From an uncultured Streptococcus sp. (lineage in GTDB: Bacteria > Bacillota > Bacilli > Lactobacillales > Streptococcaceae): a stretch of 64,000 bases of DNA. The notes below the pieces were generated by a model. The model saw only the letters and a list, made by a program, of their open reading frames with translations. It searched no databases and had not been told where the DNA came from. The stretch covers positions 3,062 to 67,061 of the forward strand of contig NZ_CAJPNR010000004.1 of the NCBI RefSeq assembly GCF_905372115.1, read 5' to 3'. Shown piece by piece: positions 28,305 through 38,638 of the stretch. The position numbers and the translations under genes were made by a program. Every line of letters starts with the position of its first letter. Within the stretch, counting starts at the first letter, position 1.

Positions 28305-29402
28305 ATGAAAATGAATAAGAAATTACTTTTGGCTTCAACTGTTGCTTTGTCAGCATTGCCTTTGTTTACAACAAAAGCTGAGGAGCAGCCACAAAACTGG
28401 ACTGCCAGAACAGTTGAGCAAATTAAAGCGGATATTACGAGTAATGAAAACCAACAAACTTACACTGTTCAATATGGAGACACTTTGGGAAATATCGCTC
28501 AAGCGATGAACATTGATCTTGTTGACTTGGCTAAAATCAACCAAATTGCCAATGCTGACTTGATTTTCCCAGGTACTGTTTTGACTATTACAACAAATGG
28601 ACATAACGAAATTACCTCTGTAGAAATCCAAAGCTACCAAGCAGGAAATAATGCAGGATTGGTAACGGAAGATTATACGGCTAGCGAGATTTTTGGTACT
28701 GAACAAGCCGCTCCAGCGGCACCGGCTCAAGCAGCAGAAACTCCAGCTCCGGCTGTTGAGGAAGCTGTTGCAGCTCCAGCAGACCAAGCACCAGCACCTG
28801 TTGAAGAAGCTCCTGCCCCAGTAGCAGAAGTTGCAAGTGAAGCAGCGCCAGCTGCGGAAGAAAATGCAGCAGCTCCAGTAGAGGCAGCTCCACAACCAGT
28901 AGTTGCTGCAAGTCCAGAAGCACCAGCAGAGGCAGCTCCAGAAGTGACTGAATTAGGCCAAGACCAAGTTAGTCAAGCAACTGCCGCTGTTGAGCCAACA
29001 ACTTACAATGCTCCAGCTGTAACAGACGCTGCTAGCGTGACAACTAACAATCCTGCTAATGAGGGTCTTCAGCCACAAACTGCAGCTCTGAAAGAAGAGA
29101 TAGCAGCTAAATATGGAATTACAGAATTTAGTCTTTACCGCCCAGGTGATAGTGGTGACCATGGTAAAGGCTTGGCAGCTGACTTTATCGTTGGTGAGAA
29201 TACTGAATTAGGAAACCAGGTTGCAGCCGATGTTACTTCTAACATGACTGAAAGAGGAATCTCTTACGTTATCTGGCAGCAACAGTTCTATGCACCATTT
29301 GAAAGCATTTATGGACCAGCTAATACTTGGAACCAAATGCCAGACCGTGGCAGCGTAACTGAAAACCACTACGACCATGTTCACGTATCTATGAATGAAT
29401 AA
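28305..29402 (+). CDS. Secreted LysM-domain protein with an Ala/Pro-rich linker and a C-terminal LAS-type (H-x6-D ... H-x-H) metallopeptidase-like motif
   Basis: Signal peptide; LysM (YTVQYGDTLGNIAQAMNIDLVDLAKINQIANADLIFPGTVLTI); C-terminal DHGKGLAAD and HYDHVHVS. Start is ATG 28305 or 28311, after AGGAAGG. Confidence 0.85.
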   Translation: MKMNKKLLLASTVALSALPLFTTKAEEQPQNWTARTVEQIKADITSNENQQTYTVQYGDTLGNIAQAMNIDLVDLAKINQIANADLIFPGTVLTITTNGHNEITSVEIQSYQAGNNAGLVTEDYTASEIFGTEQAAPAAPAQAAETPAPAVEEAVAAPADQAPAPVEEAPAPVAEVASEAAPAAEENAAAPVEAAPQPVVAASPEAPAEAAPEVTELGQDQVSQATAAVEPTTYNAPAVTDAASVTTNNPANEGLQPQTAALKEEIAAKYGITEFSLYRPGDSGDHGKGLAADFIVGENTELGNQVAADVTSNMTERGISYVIWQQQFYAPFESIYGPANTWNQMPDRGSVTENHYDHVHVSMNE

Positions 29403-29411
29403 GATGAAAAC

Positions 29412-29432
29412 AAGCCCAGAAATGGGCTTTTT
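29412..29432 (+). terminator. Terminator after the LysM gene
   Basis: AAGCCCA-gaaa-TGGGCTT followed by TTT. Confidence 0.85.
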
Positions 29433-29474
29433 CTGATATTCTCTGTGAAAAAGCGAGAATTTTCTGATAAATTT

Positions 29475-29483
29475 TGATATAAT
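29475..29483 (+). promoter_or_regulatory. Extended -10 upstream of thrC
   Basis: TGaTATAAT, 32 nt before the ATG. Confidence 0.5.
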
Positions 29484-29514
29484 AAAGCGAACTACAGATA
29501 AAGGATGAGAGAGA

Positions 29515-30999
29515 ATGACCTTAGTTTATCAATCAACACGCGACGAAAAGAATAGAGTAACAGCTAGTCAGGCGATTCTGCAAGGTTTGGCGACAGACGG
29601 CGGTCTCTTTACGCCCATTACCTATCCGCAGGTCGATTTGGACTTTGCTAAGCTCAAAGACGCTTCCTATCAGGAAGTAGCCAAGCTGGTTTTGTCTGCT
29701 TTTTTGGATGATTTTTCTGAAGCGGAGCTGGACCGCTGTATCAACCATGCCTACGACAGCAAGTTTGATGATGCAGTGATTGCTCCCTTGGTCAAACTGG
29801 ATGGTCAGTACAATCTAGAGCTTTTCCACGGAGCGACCATTGCCTTCAAGGATATGGCTTTGTCCATCCTGCCTCACTTGATGACAACCGCAGCCAAAAA
29901 GCATGGCTTGGAAAACAAAATTGTCATTTTGACGGCAACTTCTGGTGACACAGGCAAGGCGGCTATGGCAGGCTTTGCGGATGTTCCTGGGACTGAGATT
30001 ATCGTCTTTTATCCGAAAGATGGTGTCAGCAAGGTCCAAGAGCTGCAAATGACGACCCAGACAGGTGCCAATACGCATGTGGTGGCCATTGATGGCAACT
30101 TTGACGATGCTCAGACCAATGTCAAGCACATGTTCAATGACACAGATCTACGAGCTCGTCTCTTGGAGCACAAACTCCAGTTTTCATCAGCTAATTCTAT
30201 GAATATCGGCCGTTTGGTGCCGCAGATTGTTTACTATGTCTATGCTTATGCTCAGCTAGTGAAGACAGGAGAAATCACAGCAGGAGACAAGGTCAACTTT
30301 ACTGTTCCGACAGGGAACTTTGGTAATATCTTGGCGGCCTATTATGCCAAGCAAATCGGTCTGCCAGTTGGCAAGCTGATCTGCGCATCGAATGAAAACA
30401 ATGTCCTGACTGACTTCTTCAAGACTCAGGTTTATGATAAGAAGCGGAGCTTCAAGGTGACGTCTAGTCCGTCCATGGATATTTTGGTCTCCTCTAACTT
30501 GGAGCGTTTGATTTTCCATCTGTCTGGTAACAGCTCTGAGAAAACAGCTGCCCTGATGGCGGCTCTGAATGAGCATGGACAGTATGAACTGACGGACTTT
30601 GATGCTGAGATTTTGGAACTATTTGCAGCTGAGTATGCGACAGAGCAAGAAACAGCAGCTGAAATCAAGCGGGTCTATCAAGCATCTGACTACATCGAAG
30701 ACCCTCATACTGCCGTTGCGTCTGCTGTCTATCAAAAATATCTTGCAGAGACTGGCGATCAGCGCAAGACGGTTATCGCATCTACCGCTAGTCCATATAA
30801 ATTCCCAGTCGTGGCTGTTGAGGCTGTGACTGGCCAAACAGGACTCAGTGACTTCGAGGCTTTGACTCAACTGCACGAACTTTCTGGCGTAGCCCTTCCA
30901 CCAGCTGTGGATGGTTTAGAAACAGCCCCAGTGCGTCATAAAACGACGGTCGCTGCAGGTCAAATGCAGGCAGCGGTTGAGGATTATTTGGGGTTGTAA
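29515..30999 (+). CDS. thrC: Threonine synthase
   Basis: 494 aa long-form ThrC with PLP-Lys context (FHGATIAFKDMAL). Confidence 0.93.
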   Translation: MTLVYQSTRDEKNRVTASQAILQGLATDGGLFTPITYPQVDLDFAKLKDASYQEVAKLVLSAFLDDFSEAELDRCINHAYDSKFDDAVIAPLVKLDGQYNLELFHGATIAFKDMALSILPHLMTTAAKKHGLENKIVILTATSGDTGKAAMAGFADVPGTEIIVFYPKDGVSKVQELQMTTQTGANTHVVAIDGNFDDAQTNVKHMFNDTDLRARLLEHKLQFSSANSMNIGRLVPQIVYYVYAYAQLVKTGEITAGDKVNFTVPTGNFGNILAAYYAKQIGLPVGKLICASNENNVLTDFFKTQVYDKKRSFKVTSSPSMDILVSSNLERLIFHLSGNSSEKTAALMAALNEHGQYELTDFDAEILELFAAEYATEQETAAEIKRVYQASDYIEDPHTAVASAVYQKYLAETGDQRKTVIASTASPYKFPVVAVEAVTGQTGLSDFEALTQLHELSGVALPPAVDGLETAPVRHKTTVAAGQMQAAVEDYLGL

Positions 31000-31005
31000 A
31001 AAACA

Positions 31006-31037
31006 AAAACATCAGCTTATTCATTGGCTGATGTTTT
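31006..31037. terminator. Bidirectional terminator between convergent thrC and pulA
   Basis: AAAACATCAGC-(10 nt)-GCTGATGTTTT perfect 11-bp stem. Confidence 0.85.
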
Positions 31038-31042
31038 ATAAT

Positions 31043-33118
31043 CTATTTCAACACAATCAACTGCTTGCCAGCTAGGTTGTAACTGTCAGCTAGCGGTGCG
31101 ATTGGTTTTTGGGCATCAATGGCTGGGTATTGGAGGTGTAGCTTCTGCTTGTTTTTGTTTTCGTAGACAGCCTCTTGGTTGCCAAAGTTGATGACGATTG
31201 TCATACTTTCTTTGCTGTCTTGAATCTTGTACTCCAATAAACTGTCTGTCAGCCAGTTGACCTGACAGGCTTGCTTGATGGCGGTGCTGGTCTTTAGATG
31301 CAGCAGCGGGTGTGCCCTGCGAAAGGCAATCAGCTGTTTAACAAAAGCAATATCCTCTGTGTAATGTAGGGAGCGCAGCCAGTCTAGTTTATTGATTTCG
31401 TCAGGCATATTGTAGGTGTTGTCAATCAGATTTTTAGTCCGGAAAAATTCCTGACCGCTATGGATAAAGGGCACACCTTGGGCCAGTAGTACGAGGTGGA
31501 GGGCCAGCCGCGAATTGGCCAGCCGATCCCGCAGGGTGATAGCAGGATTGACGATATCAAAGTAATCAAAAACTGTTGCATTATCATGGCACTCGACATA
31601 ATTAATGGCCTGCTGGGGCGCTGTGAAGTGGGGCTCGCCTTTTAGACCGATATTGGCTGTCAGGACGTTTTCAAGCTGACTGGCAGGAGTCTTGCTCTCG
31701 ATTTGCCGGCCTTGGGCGATGGTCTGCTTGAGACTGTCACGGAAATGGTCACTGAAAAATCCATAATCCGGAAGCTGGGCAGCATTGTACTGATGAGCCA
31801 ACCGCTCACTTGCCAGTCCAGTATCCATCTGCCAGCCTTCACCGTAGAGATAGATGTTAGGATAGAGTGCCTTGAGCTCGTCGACTATCTGCTGCATGGT
31901 TTGGATATCTAAAATCCCCATTAGATCAAAGCGGAAACCGTCAAAGCCATAGAGACTGACCCATTGCTTGACCGATTGCTTGATATAACGGCGGACCATG
32001 ATTTTCTCACTGGCTACATCATTACCACAGAAGGTTCCGTTGGTCCGGTAGCCCATGTCATTGAGTCGGAAAAAATAGCCGGGCACTATTTTTTCAAAAG
32101 CATAGCTATTGGCATCATAGACATGATTGTAGACCACATCCATGATGACGCTGATATCAGCATTGTGGTAGGCAGTAATGGCTGCCTGCAGCTCTAAGAT
32201 ACGGGCATAGGGGTCTCGTGGGTCGCTGGCAAAACTGCCGTCTGGGACATTGTACTGGACAGGGTCGTAGCCCCAGTTGTAGACGAGCTCTGGATGCTTT
32301 TCATCAACGCTGCCAAAGTCGTAGACAGGCAGAAGCTGCACGTGGCTGATACCTAGCTCTTTCAGATAGTCCAGACCAAACTTCTGACCGTGAACGACTG
32401 GAGATTCGCTCAGCGAGGCAAACTTCCCAGGATAGGAGAAACCAGCTTCTTTCTGCATAGAAAAATCGCGGACGCTCATTTCATAAATGACGGCTTCTGT
32501 CGGATTCAGCTGTGTTTTTGCTCGTTTGATAGGCTTTTTAATCTTGTCTAGATCGATGACATAGCTGTTTCCCGAATTGACATCTGAGGATAGGGCGTAG
32601 GGATCATGGACTTCCACCCACTTGCCATTGATCTTATGGAGATAAGAATAAGAGGCTCCCCCTATATCTCCCTCAATACGTGTATGCCAGACGCCCTTAT
32701 CCAGACGTTTGAGATGGTGAACCTGGTCTTTCAGATGCAGGAGGACTTTTTCAGAAATAGGTGCCCAGAGTCTGAAGTCGGTGGCTTGGGGACTGTACTG
32801 AGCTCCTAAATCGTCGCCTGCATAGTCAAAAATCTCATCGAAAATAGGCTTTTTCACGATATGGCGGTACTGCAGGTCGGTATGGTTGCGGTCTTGGTCA
32901 TAGACCTTGTAGGACTGCGTCAGGTCAATGGGCTCATTAGCCGACACGGTGTAGATAATCCGTTCTTCCTGATTGTTGATGTTTTTGATGGTTAAAGGGC
33001 TGGAGCTGTGCTTGTCTTCCAGTGTAAAGTGGATGGAGTAGGCTTCAAAGCTCTTTTCCAGTTCGATGGTGATGATATTTTCGTCATCTAAATAGGCTTG
33101 AAAAATACGAAAGGCCAT
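31043..33118 (-). CDS. pulA: Type I pullulanase / debranching enzyme (GH13), no signal peptide
   Basis: 691 aa with GH13 regions (YNWGYDP, DVVYNHV, GFRFDLMG, YGEGW, YVECHDN); N-terminus MAFRIFQAYLDD is not hydrophobic. Confidence 0.9.
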   Translation of the reverse strand: MAFRIFQAYLDDENIITIELEKSFEAYSIHFTLEDKHSSSPLTIKNINNQEERIIYTVSANEPIDLTQSYKVYDQDRNHTDLQYRHIVKKPIFDEIFDYAGDDLGAQYSPQATDFRLWAPISEKVLLHLKDQVHHLKRLDKGVWHTRIEGDIGGASYSYLHKINGKWVEVHDPYALSSDVNSGNSYVIDLDKIKKPIKRAKTQLNPTEAVIYEMSVRDFSMQKEAGFSYPGKFASLSESPVVHGQKFGLDYLKELGISHVQLLPVYDFGSVDEKHPELVYNWGYDPVQYNVPDGSFASDPRDPYARILELQAAITAYHNADISVIMDVVYNHVYDANSYAFEKIVPGYFFRLNDMGYRTNGTFCGNDVASEKIMVRRYIKQSVKQWVSLYGFDGFRFDLMGILDIQTMQQIVDELKALYPNIYLYGEGWQMDTGLASERLAHQYNAAQLPDYGFFSDHFRDSLKQTIAQGRQIESKTPASQLENVLTANIGLKGEPHFTAPQQAINYVECHDNATVFDYFDIVNPAITLRDRLANSRLALHLVLLAQGVPFIHSGQEFFRTKNLIDNTYNMPDEINKLDWLRSLHYTEDIAFVKQLIAFRRAHPLLHLKTSTAIKQACQVNWLTDSLLEYKIQDSKESMTIVINFGNQEAVYENKNKQKLHLQYPAIDAQKPIAPLADSYNLAGKQLIVLK

Positions 33119-33221
33119 GTTTTTCCTCTTTCTTTGTCAGTTTCTCTTCGTGTAATTGTTTTGAGTTTAGGGCTCTGCCCTGGTTGGGACAAGGCCGATA
33201 TGTGAATCGTTGATGAATGAG

Positions 33222-33245
33222 CAAAAACACTCGGATTAGCGAGTG
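33222..33245 (-). terminator. Weak hairpin overlapping the malR stop (minus strand)
   Basis: Minus strand CACTCG-ctaatc-CGAGTG followed by TTTTTGC. Confidence 0.5.
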
Positions 33246-34219
33246 CTGATGCTATGCGGAATCAGCTGGCGATAGCAGATTTGCTTGTCTTCTTTATTGT
33301 CCTTGATGATTTGGAAGAGGGTCCGGAAGGACTCTTTCCCAAGCTCGAGGGCATTGATATCGATATAGGCATCCACATCAATGCGCGGTTTGATAGAATC
33401 AAAGGTGATAATGGGAATCTGGTAGTCCTGATCTTTGAGATAGTGCAGGGCTCCTTCTGCTACCAAGGTATCAGAGGTTACGATAGCTTCAATCTCATTC
33501 AGCGGCAGCTCCTCCATAATCTTGTAACTGTTGTCTTCCAGAAGGAAACCGAAGGCAAATTTGATAATACGTTCATCCAAAGGCCGGTCTTCTTCATTCA
33601 GAGCTTGCTTGTAGCCTGTGTAACGATCTTGAGAAACGACCAACTCCTTATTCCCGGCCAGAAAGGCGATTTTTCGATAGCCCTTGTCAAGGAAGTATCT
33701 GGTCGCGTCGTAGCCAGCCTTGATATTGTCATTGTCCACCAGAGAGATGAAAGGTGAGACAGCTTTCCCAAGGATAAGGAAGGGGAAGTTGTTTCTGACT
33801 GCAAAGTCGACCAAAGGATCGTCCTGCTTAGAATAAAGGAAGATCAGTCCGTCTACTCGCTTTCCTAAAATCATCTGCTTCATATTTTCCAAGCGGTGCT
33901 CTTCATCTTGCCCGGTGCTGATCTGGATGGCATAGTCATAGTCAGAAGCAATCTGAGAAATCCCCCGCAACACAGTTGGGAAAAAAGGGTTTTGATAGAA
34001 GACATCTGAGTCGTCCGGCAGGACCAAGCCGATGACCTGGCTGGACTGGCTGACCAGACTTCTGGCATTGAGGTTGGGATGATAGTCCAGCTCCTTCATA
34101 GCAGCACGGACCCGTTTTTTAGTTTCTTCACTGATGGTTGATTTATTTTGCACGACGCGGGTCACGGTAGAGGGTGATACGCCTGCTAGTTTTGCGACTT
34201 CTTTGATAGTAACTCGCAT
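33236..34219 (-). CDS. malR: LacI-family maltose operon repressor
   Basis: N-terminal HTH VTIKEVAKLAGVSPSTVTRVVQN; periplasmic-binding-protein-like core; divergent from malQ-glgP. Confidence 0.9.
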   Translation of the reverse strand: MRVTIKEVAKLAGVSPSTVTRVVQNKSTISEETKKRVRAAMKELDYHPNLNARSLVSQSSQVIGLVLPDDSDVFYQNPFFPTVLRGISQIASDYDYAIQISTGQDEEHRLENMKQMILGKRVDGLIFLYSKQDDPLVDFAVRNNFPFLILGKAVSPFISLVDNDNIKAGYDATRYFLDKGYRKIAFLAGNKELVVSQDRYTGYKQALNEEDRPLDERIIKFAFGFLLEDNSYKIMEELPLNEIEAIVTSDTLVAEGALHYLKDQDYQIPIITFDSIKPRIDVDAYIDINALELGKESFRTLFQIIKDNKEDKQICYRQLIPHSISTR

Positions 34220-34407
34220 AAAAACCTCCTAAAGGCCTGCATTTGCTGGAAATCCTTACGATAACATGAACTATTTTAAATCTACTAGTAGAAGCACTTG
34301 CTTTCTAAGAGTCATGCAAACCTGTGCCAAAAATAGCCATCGTAGCCAGTGATTTTGCTTAACTATTGTGGTCAAAAAAGCAAGTATGAAGCAGTTTCTC
34401 CGCAAAC

Positions 34408-34419
34408 GCAAACGTTTTC
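34408..34419. promoter_or_regulatory. MalR operator-like site (imperfect)
   Basis: GCAAACGTTTTC within CGCAAACGCAAACGTTTTC. Confidence 0.4.
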
Positions 34420-34447
34420 TGTTTGTAAGAACATTTTAACACAAAAA

Positions 34448-34461
34448 GAGAACGCTTGCAA
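34448..34461. promoter_or_regulatory. MalR operator-like half site
   Basis: Minus strand TTGCAAGCGTTCTC. Confidence 0.3.
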
Positions 34462-34556
34462 GAAGAGAAAAACGGTAAACAATTGGGGCAGTAGGAGAGT
34501 CCTAAAAGAGCATTATATCCTTTAACCAGTAAATTGAAAAAAATATCAAAAACCCC

Positions 34557-34585
34557 TTGCACTTAAAAAAAAAATAGGTTATAAT
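34557..34585 (+). promoter_or_regulatory. malQ-glgP promoter
   Basis: -35 TTGCAC (34557-34562), 17-nt spacer, -10 TATAAT (34580-34585). Confidence 0.7.
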
Positions 34586-34594
34586 CAAGTCGAC

Positions 34595-34606
34595 GCAAAC
34601 GTTTGC
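34595..34606. promoter_or_regulatory. MalR operator (perfect palindrome) at the transcription start
   Basis: GCAAACGTTTGC, 9 nt downstream of the -10. Confidence 0.7.
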
Positions 34607-34654
34607 ATTAAGTAAAAATGAAAAGGCGTAGAGGAAAAATAACGAGGTGACAAA

Positions 34655-36166
34655 ATGAAAAAACGTCAAAGCGGCGTGCTCATGCACATTTCATCCCTTC
34701 CGGGCAAGTACGGTATCGGATCTTTTGGCCAAAGTGCTTATGATTTTGTAGACTTCTTGGTTCGCACCAAGCAGCGCTATTGGCAGATTTTGCCACTGGG
34801 AACGACCAGTTATGGTGATTCTCCTTATCAGTCTTTCTCTGCTTTCGCGGGAAATACCTACTTTATCGATTTTGATATTCTGATAGAAGAAGGTTTGCTG
34901 AACGAGGCAGATGTCAAGGGAGCTGATTTTGGAGATGATCCTAGAAAAGTGGATTATGCAAAGATTTTCGATGCTCGCCGTCCAATCATGGAAAAAGCAG
35001 TAGCTCGCTTCTTGAAAGCAGAAGATCTGTCTGACTATGAGAGCTTTGTGGAGCAAAATGCAGCTTGGTTGGAAGTTTTCGCTGAGTACATGGCTATCAA
35101 AGAGCATTTTGGTAATCTAGCTTGGACTGAGTGGCCGGATGAAGCGATCCGCCGCCGTGAGGCTGCTAGCCTCGCTTCTTATCGTGAGAAGCTGACTGAC
35201 AAGCTGACCTATCATCGTGTGACCCAGTATCTCTTCTTTAAGCAGTGGTTAAGATTAAAAGCCTATGCTAATGAACATCACATCGAGATTGTCGGTGATA
35301 TGCCAATCTATGTGGCAGCTGACAGTGCTGATGTGTGGGCACAGCCTCACTTCTTTAAGACAGATGCTGTTGGCAAGCCGACCTGTGTGGCAGGCTGTCC
35401 GCCAGATGAATTTTCAGAAACTGGCCAGCTTTGGGGCAATCCTATCTATGACTGGGAAGCGATGGATAAGGATGGTTATGCTTGGTGGATTGAGCGTCTG
35501 CGTGAAAGCTTCAAGATTTACGACATTGTCCGTATCGACCACTTCCGTGGCTTTGAGTCTTACTGGGAAGTTCCTGCTGACTCAGAAACATCTGCTACTG
35601 GTAAGTGGGTCAAAGGTCCAGACTACAAACTCTTTGCAGCAGTTAAGGAAGCCTTGGGTGATTTGAATATCATCGCAGAAGACCTAGGCTTTATGACGGA
35701 TGAAGTGATCGAGCTGCGCGAGCGCACTGGTTTCCCAGGAATGAAGATTTTGCAATTCGCCTTCAATCCTGATGATGAAAGCATCGACAGTCCGCATCTG
35801 GCACCAAATAACTCAGTCATGTATACAGGAACCCATGATAACAATACTGTTTTGGGCTGGTACAAGGATGAGATTGACGACGCTACTCGCCAGTACATGG
35901 CACAGTACACTAACCGCAAGGAGTACGAAACAGTACCTCATGCAATGCTGCGCACAATCTTTGCTTCAGTCAGCTTTATGGCCATTGCGACCATGCAAGA
36001 CCTGCTGGAATTAGACAGTGCAGCACGGATGAACTATCCATCCACAATTGGTGGCAACTGGACTTGGCGGATGACAGCTGAAGAGCTGAATCCAATCGTC
36101 GAAGGTGAGCTTTACAGCTTGACTAAGACTTACCGTCGTATGAATACCGATTTAATTAACAAATAA
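34655..36166 (+). CDS. malQ: 4-alpha-glucanotransferase (amylomaltase)
   Basis: 503 aa GH77 (RQSGVLMHISSLPG, YWQILPLG, RIDHFRGF). Confidence 0.95.
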   Translation: MKKRQSGVLMHISSLPGKYGIGSFGQSAYDFVDFLVRTKQRYWQILPLGTTSYGDSPYQSFSAFAGNTYFIDFDILIEEGLLNEADVKGADFGDDPRKVDYAKIFDARRPIMEKAVARFLKAEDLSDYESFVEQNAAWLEVFAEYMAIKEHFGNLAWTEWPDEAIRRREAASLASYREKLTDKLTYHRVTQYLFFKQWLRLKAYANEHHIEIVGDMPIYVAADSADVWAQPHFFKTDAVGKPTCVAGCPPDEFSETGQLWGNPIYDWEAMDKDGYAWWIERLRESFKIYDIVRIDHFRGFESYWEVPADSETSATGKWVKGPDYKLFAAVKEALGDLNIIAEDLGFMTDEVIELRERTGFPGMKILQFAFNPDDESIDSPHLAPNNSVMYTGTHDNNTVLGWYKDEIDDATRQYMAQYTNRKEYETVPHAMLRTIFASVSFMAIATMQDLLELDSAARMNYPSTIGGNWTWRMTAEELNPIVEGELYSLTKTYRRMNTDLINK

Positions 36167-36198
36167 AGAATAGCTAATTAGACTTGAAGGGAGTAATC

Positions 36199-38460
36199 AT
36201 GTCAAACTTACAAACTTATATCAAAAATACTTATTCAAAAAATCTTGCTGATTGCAGCAACGAAGAACTTTATCTGGCTCTTTTGAACTACACTAAATTA
36301 GCCAGCGCTCAAAAGCCAGTTAATACTGGTAAGAAAAAACTCTACTATATTTCAGCAGAGTTCCTGATTGGTAAACTTTTGTCTAACAACTTGATCAACC
36401 TTGGACTTTACGATGATGTGAAGCAAGAACTGGCAGATGCTGGCAAGGACTTGATCGAGGTAGAAGAAGTTGAGTTGGAGCCGTCTCTGGGTAACGGAGG
36501 CTTGGGCCGTTTGGCTGCCTGCTTCCTGGACTCTATTGCGACACTTGGTCTCAATGGTGATGGTGTAGGACTGAACTACCACTTTGGTCTTTTCCAACAG
36601 GTTTTGAAAAACAACGAACAGACGACTATTCCTAACTTCTGGCTGACTGAGCAAAACTGGTTGGTTCGCTCTAGCCGCAGCTACCAAGTGCCATTTGCTC
36701 ACTTCACTCTGACATCTACTCTTTATGATATTGATGTGCCAGGTTACAAGACAGAAACTAAGAACCGTCTTCGTCTCTTTGATTTGGACTCAGTGGATGC
36801 AGATATCATTACAGACGGTATTGACTTTGATAAGACAGATATCGCTCGCAACTTGACCCTCTTCCTCTATCCAGATGATAGTGACAAGCAAGGTGAGCTG
36901 CTCCGTATCTTCCAGCAATACTTCATGGTTTCAAATGGTGCTCAGCTGATTATTGACGAAGCGATTGAAAAAGGCAGCAACCTGCACGACTTGGCAGACT
37001 ACGCTGTCATCCAAATCAATGATACTCACCCATCTCTGGTTATCCCAGAAATGATTCGTCTCTTGACTGAGCGTGGTTTGGATCTGGATGAAGCAATTGC
37101 CATCGTACAGAAGATGACTGCTTATACGAACCACACAATTTTGGCAGAAGCTCTTGAAAAATGGCCTTTGGAATTCTTGAAAGAAGTAGTGCCGCATCTG
37201 GTGCCAATCATCAAAGAGCTTGACAAGCGCGTGAAAGCTAAATACGCAGATCCAGCAGTGCAAATCATTGATGAGGACGACCGTGTGCACATGGCTCACA
37301 TGGATATCCACTACGGATACAGTGTCAATGGGGTTGCCGCTCTGCATACAGAAATCCTGAAAAACTCTGAGCTCAAGGCCTTCTACGATATCTACCCTGA
37401 AAAATTCAATAACAAGACCAACGGTATTACTTTCCGCCGCTGGCTCATGCATGCGAACCCACGTCTGTCTCATTATCTGGATGAGTTGCTGGGCCGCGAC
37501 TGGCACCATGACGCAACTAAGCTCGAAGGCTTGTTGGAATTCACTGGCGCTGAAAATGTTAAAGAAAAATTGGAAGGCATCAAGGCTCATAACAAGCGTA
37601 AATTGGCTCGTCACTTGAAGGAAGCCCAAGGTGTGGAAATCAATCCAGAATCTATCTTTGATATCCAAATCAAGCGTCTTCATGAGTACAAGCGCCAACA
37701 AATGAACGCTCTGTACGTTATCCACAAGTATCTGGACATCAAGGCTGGCAACATTCCTGCTCGTCCAATCACTGTCTTCTTCGGTGGTAAGGCTGCTCCT
37801 GCTTACACGATTGCACAGGACATCATCCACCTCATCCTTTGCTTGTCAGAAGTGATTGCTAATGACCCTAAAGTGGCTCCACACCTGCAAGTAGTTATGG
37901 TAGAAAACTACAATGTTACAGCGTCTAGCTTCTTGATTGCAGCTGGTGACATTTCTGAGCAGATTTCCCTAGCTTCTAAAGAAGCATCTGGTACTGGTAA
38001 CATGAAGTTCATGCTTAACGGTGCTTTGACTCTTGGTACTATGGATGGAGCGAACGTTGAGATTGCAGAGCTGGTCGGCGAAGACAACATCTACATCTTC
38101 GGTGAAGATTCTGAGACTGTTATTGACCTCTACGCAAAATCTGCTTATAAGTCTAGTGAGTACTATGCACGTGAAGCTATCAAGCCATTGGTTGACTTTA
38201 TCGTCAGCGATGAAGTATTGGCAGTCGGTAAAGCTGAACGCTTGGAACGTCTTTACAATGAACTGATTAGCAAGGACTGGTTCATGACCTTGCTGGATCT
38301 GGAAGACTATATCCAAGTCAAAGAGCGCATGCTGGCTGACTACGAAGACCGCGATGCTTGGATGGACAAAGTCATCGTCAATATCGCCAAAGCTGGCTTC
38401 TTCTCATCTGACCGTACTATCGCTCAATATGAAGAAGAAGTATGGCACTTGAACAGCTAA
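36199..38460 (+). CDS. glgP: Maltodextrin/glycogen phosphorylase
   Basis: ATG at 36199 after GAAGGGAG; about 753 aa GT35 with the PLP motif [15 protein letters not shown]. Confidence 0.95.
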   Translation: MSNLQTYIKNTYSKNLADCSNEELYLALLNYTKLASAQKPVNTGKKKLYYISAEFLIGKLLSNNLINLGLYDDVKQELADAGKDLIEVEEVELEPSLGNGGLGRLAACFLDSIATLGLNGDGVGLNYHFGLFQQVLKNNEQTTIPNFWLTEQNWLVRSSRSYQVPFAHFTLTSTLYDIDVPGYKTETKNRLRLFDLDSVDADIITDGIDFDKTDIARNLTLFLYPDDSDKQGELLRIFQQYFMVSNGAQLIIDEAIEKGSNLHDLADYAVIQINDTHPSLVIPEMIRLLTERGLDLDEAIAIVQKMTAYTNHTILAEALEKWPLEFLKEVVPHLVPIIKELDKRVKAKYADPAVQIIDEDDRVHMAHMDIHYGYSVNGVAALHTEILKNSELKAFYDIYPEKFNNKTNGITFRRWLMHANPRLSHYLDELLGRDWHHDATKLEGLLEFTGAENVKEKLEGIKAHNKRKLARHLKEAQGVEINPESIFDIQIKRLHEYKRQQMNALYVIHKYLDIKAGNIPARPITVFFGGKAAPAYTIAQDIIHLILCLSEVIANDPKVAPHLQVVMVENYNVTASSFLIAAGDISEQISLASKEASGTGNMKFMLNGALTLGTMDGANVEIAELVGEDNIYIFGEDSETVIDLYAKSAYKSSEYYAREAIKPLVDFIVSDEVLAVGKAERLERLYNELISKDWFMTLLDLEDYIQVKERMLADYEDRDAWMDKVIVNIAKAGFFSSDRTIAQYEEEVWHLNS

Positions 38461-38476
38461 TATTCTTTGAATCAAA

Positions 38477-38512
38477 AAAGCCGAGACAGCAGTGTTTCGG
38501 CTTTGATTTTTT
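38477..38512 (+). terminator. glgP terminator
   Basis: AAAGCCGAGA-(8 nt)-TTTCGGCTTT followed by GATTTTTT. Confidence 0.8.
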
Positions 38513-38638
38513 AATCGAAGATATGAATAAGGATTTAGTTATTGTGTGTGGTTCTGAAAAGGTGAAAGCCTCTTGGTCTTGTCAGCTTTTTCTTTTCGGT
38601 GTATAATAAGTGAAAATATTTCTTTACAGGAGGCGTTC

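Noticed and set aside
28350-28923. 181-aa and 80-aa antisense ORFs rich in Cys/Trp/Ser or Leu/Gln within the LysM gene.
   Set aside because: They are artefacts of the GC-rich, repetitive Ala/Pro/Glu linker codons (GCx/CCA/GAA), which leave alternative frames open.
36931-37830. 299-aa ORF antisense to glgP. Similar long antisense ORFs: 43320-44087 in mutS, 21743-22288 in ntpC, 9614-10138 in the binding-protein gene, 33254-33757 in malR, 39965-40531 in argS, and 46038-46546 in mutL.
   Set aside because: They lie entirely inside strongly supported conserved genes on the opposite strand. They lack RBS context and have odd amino-acid composition. They are typical shadow ORFs.
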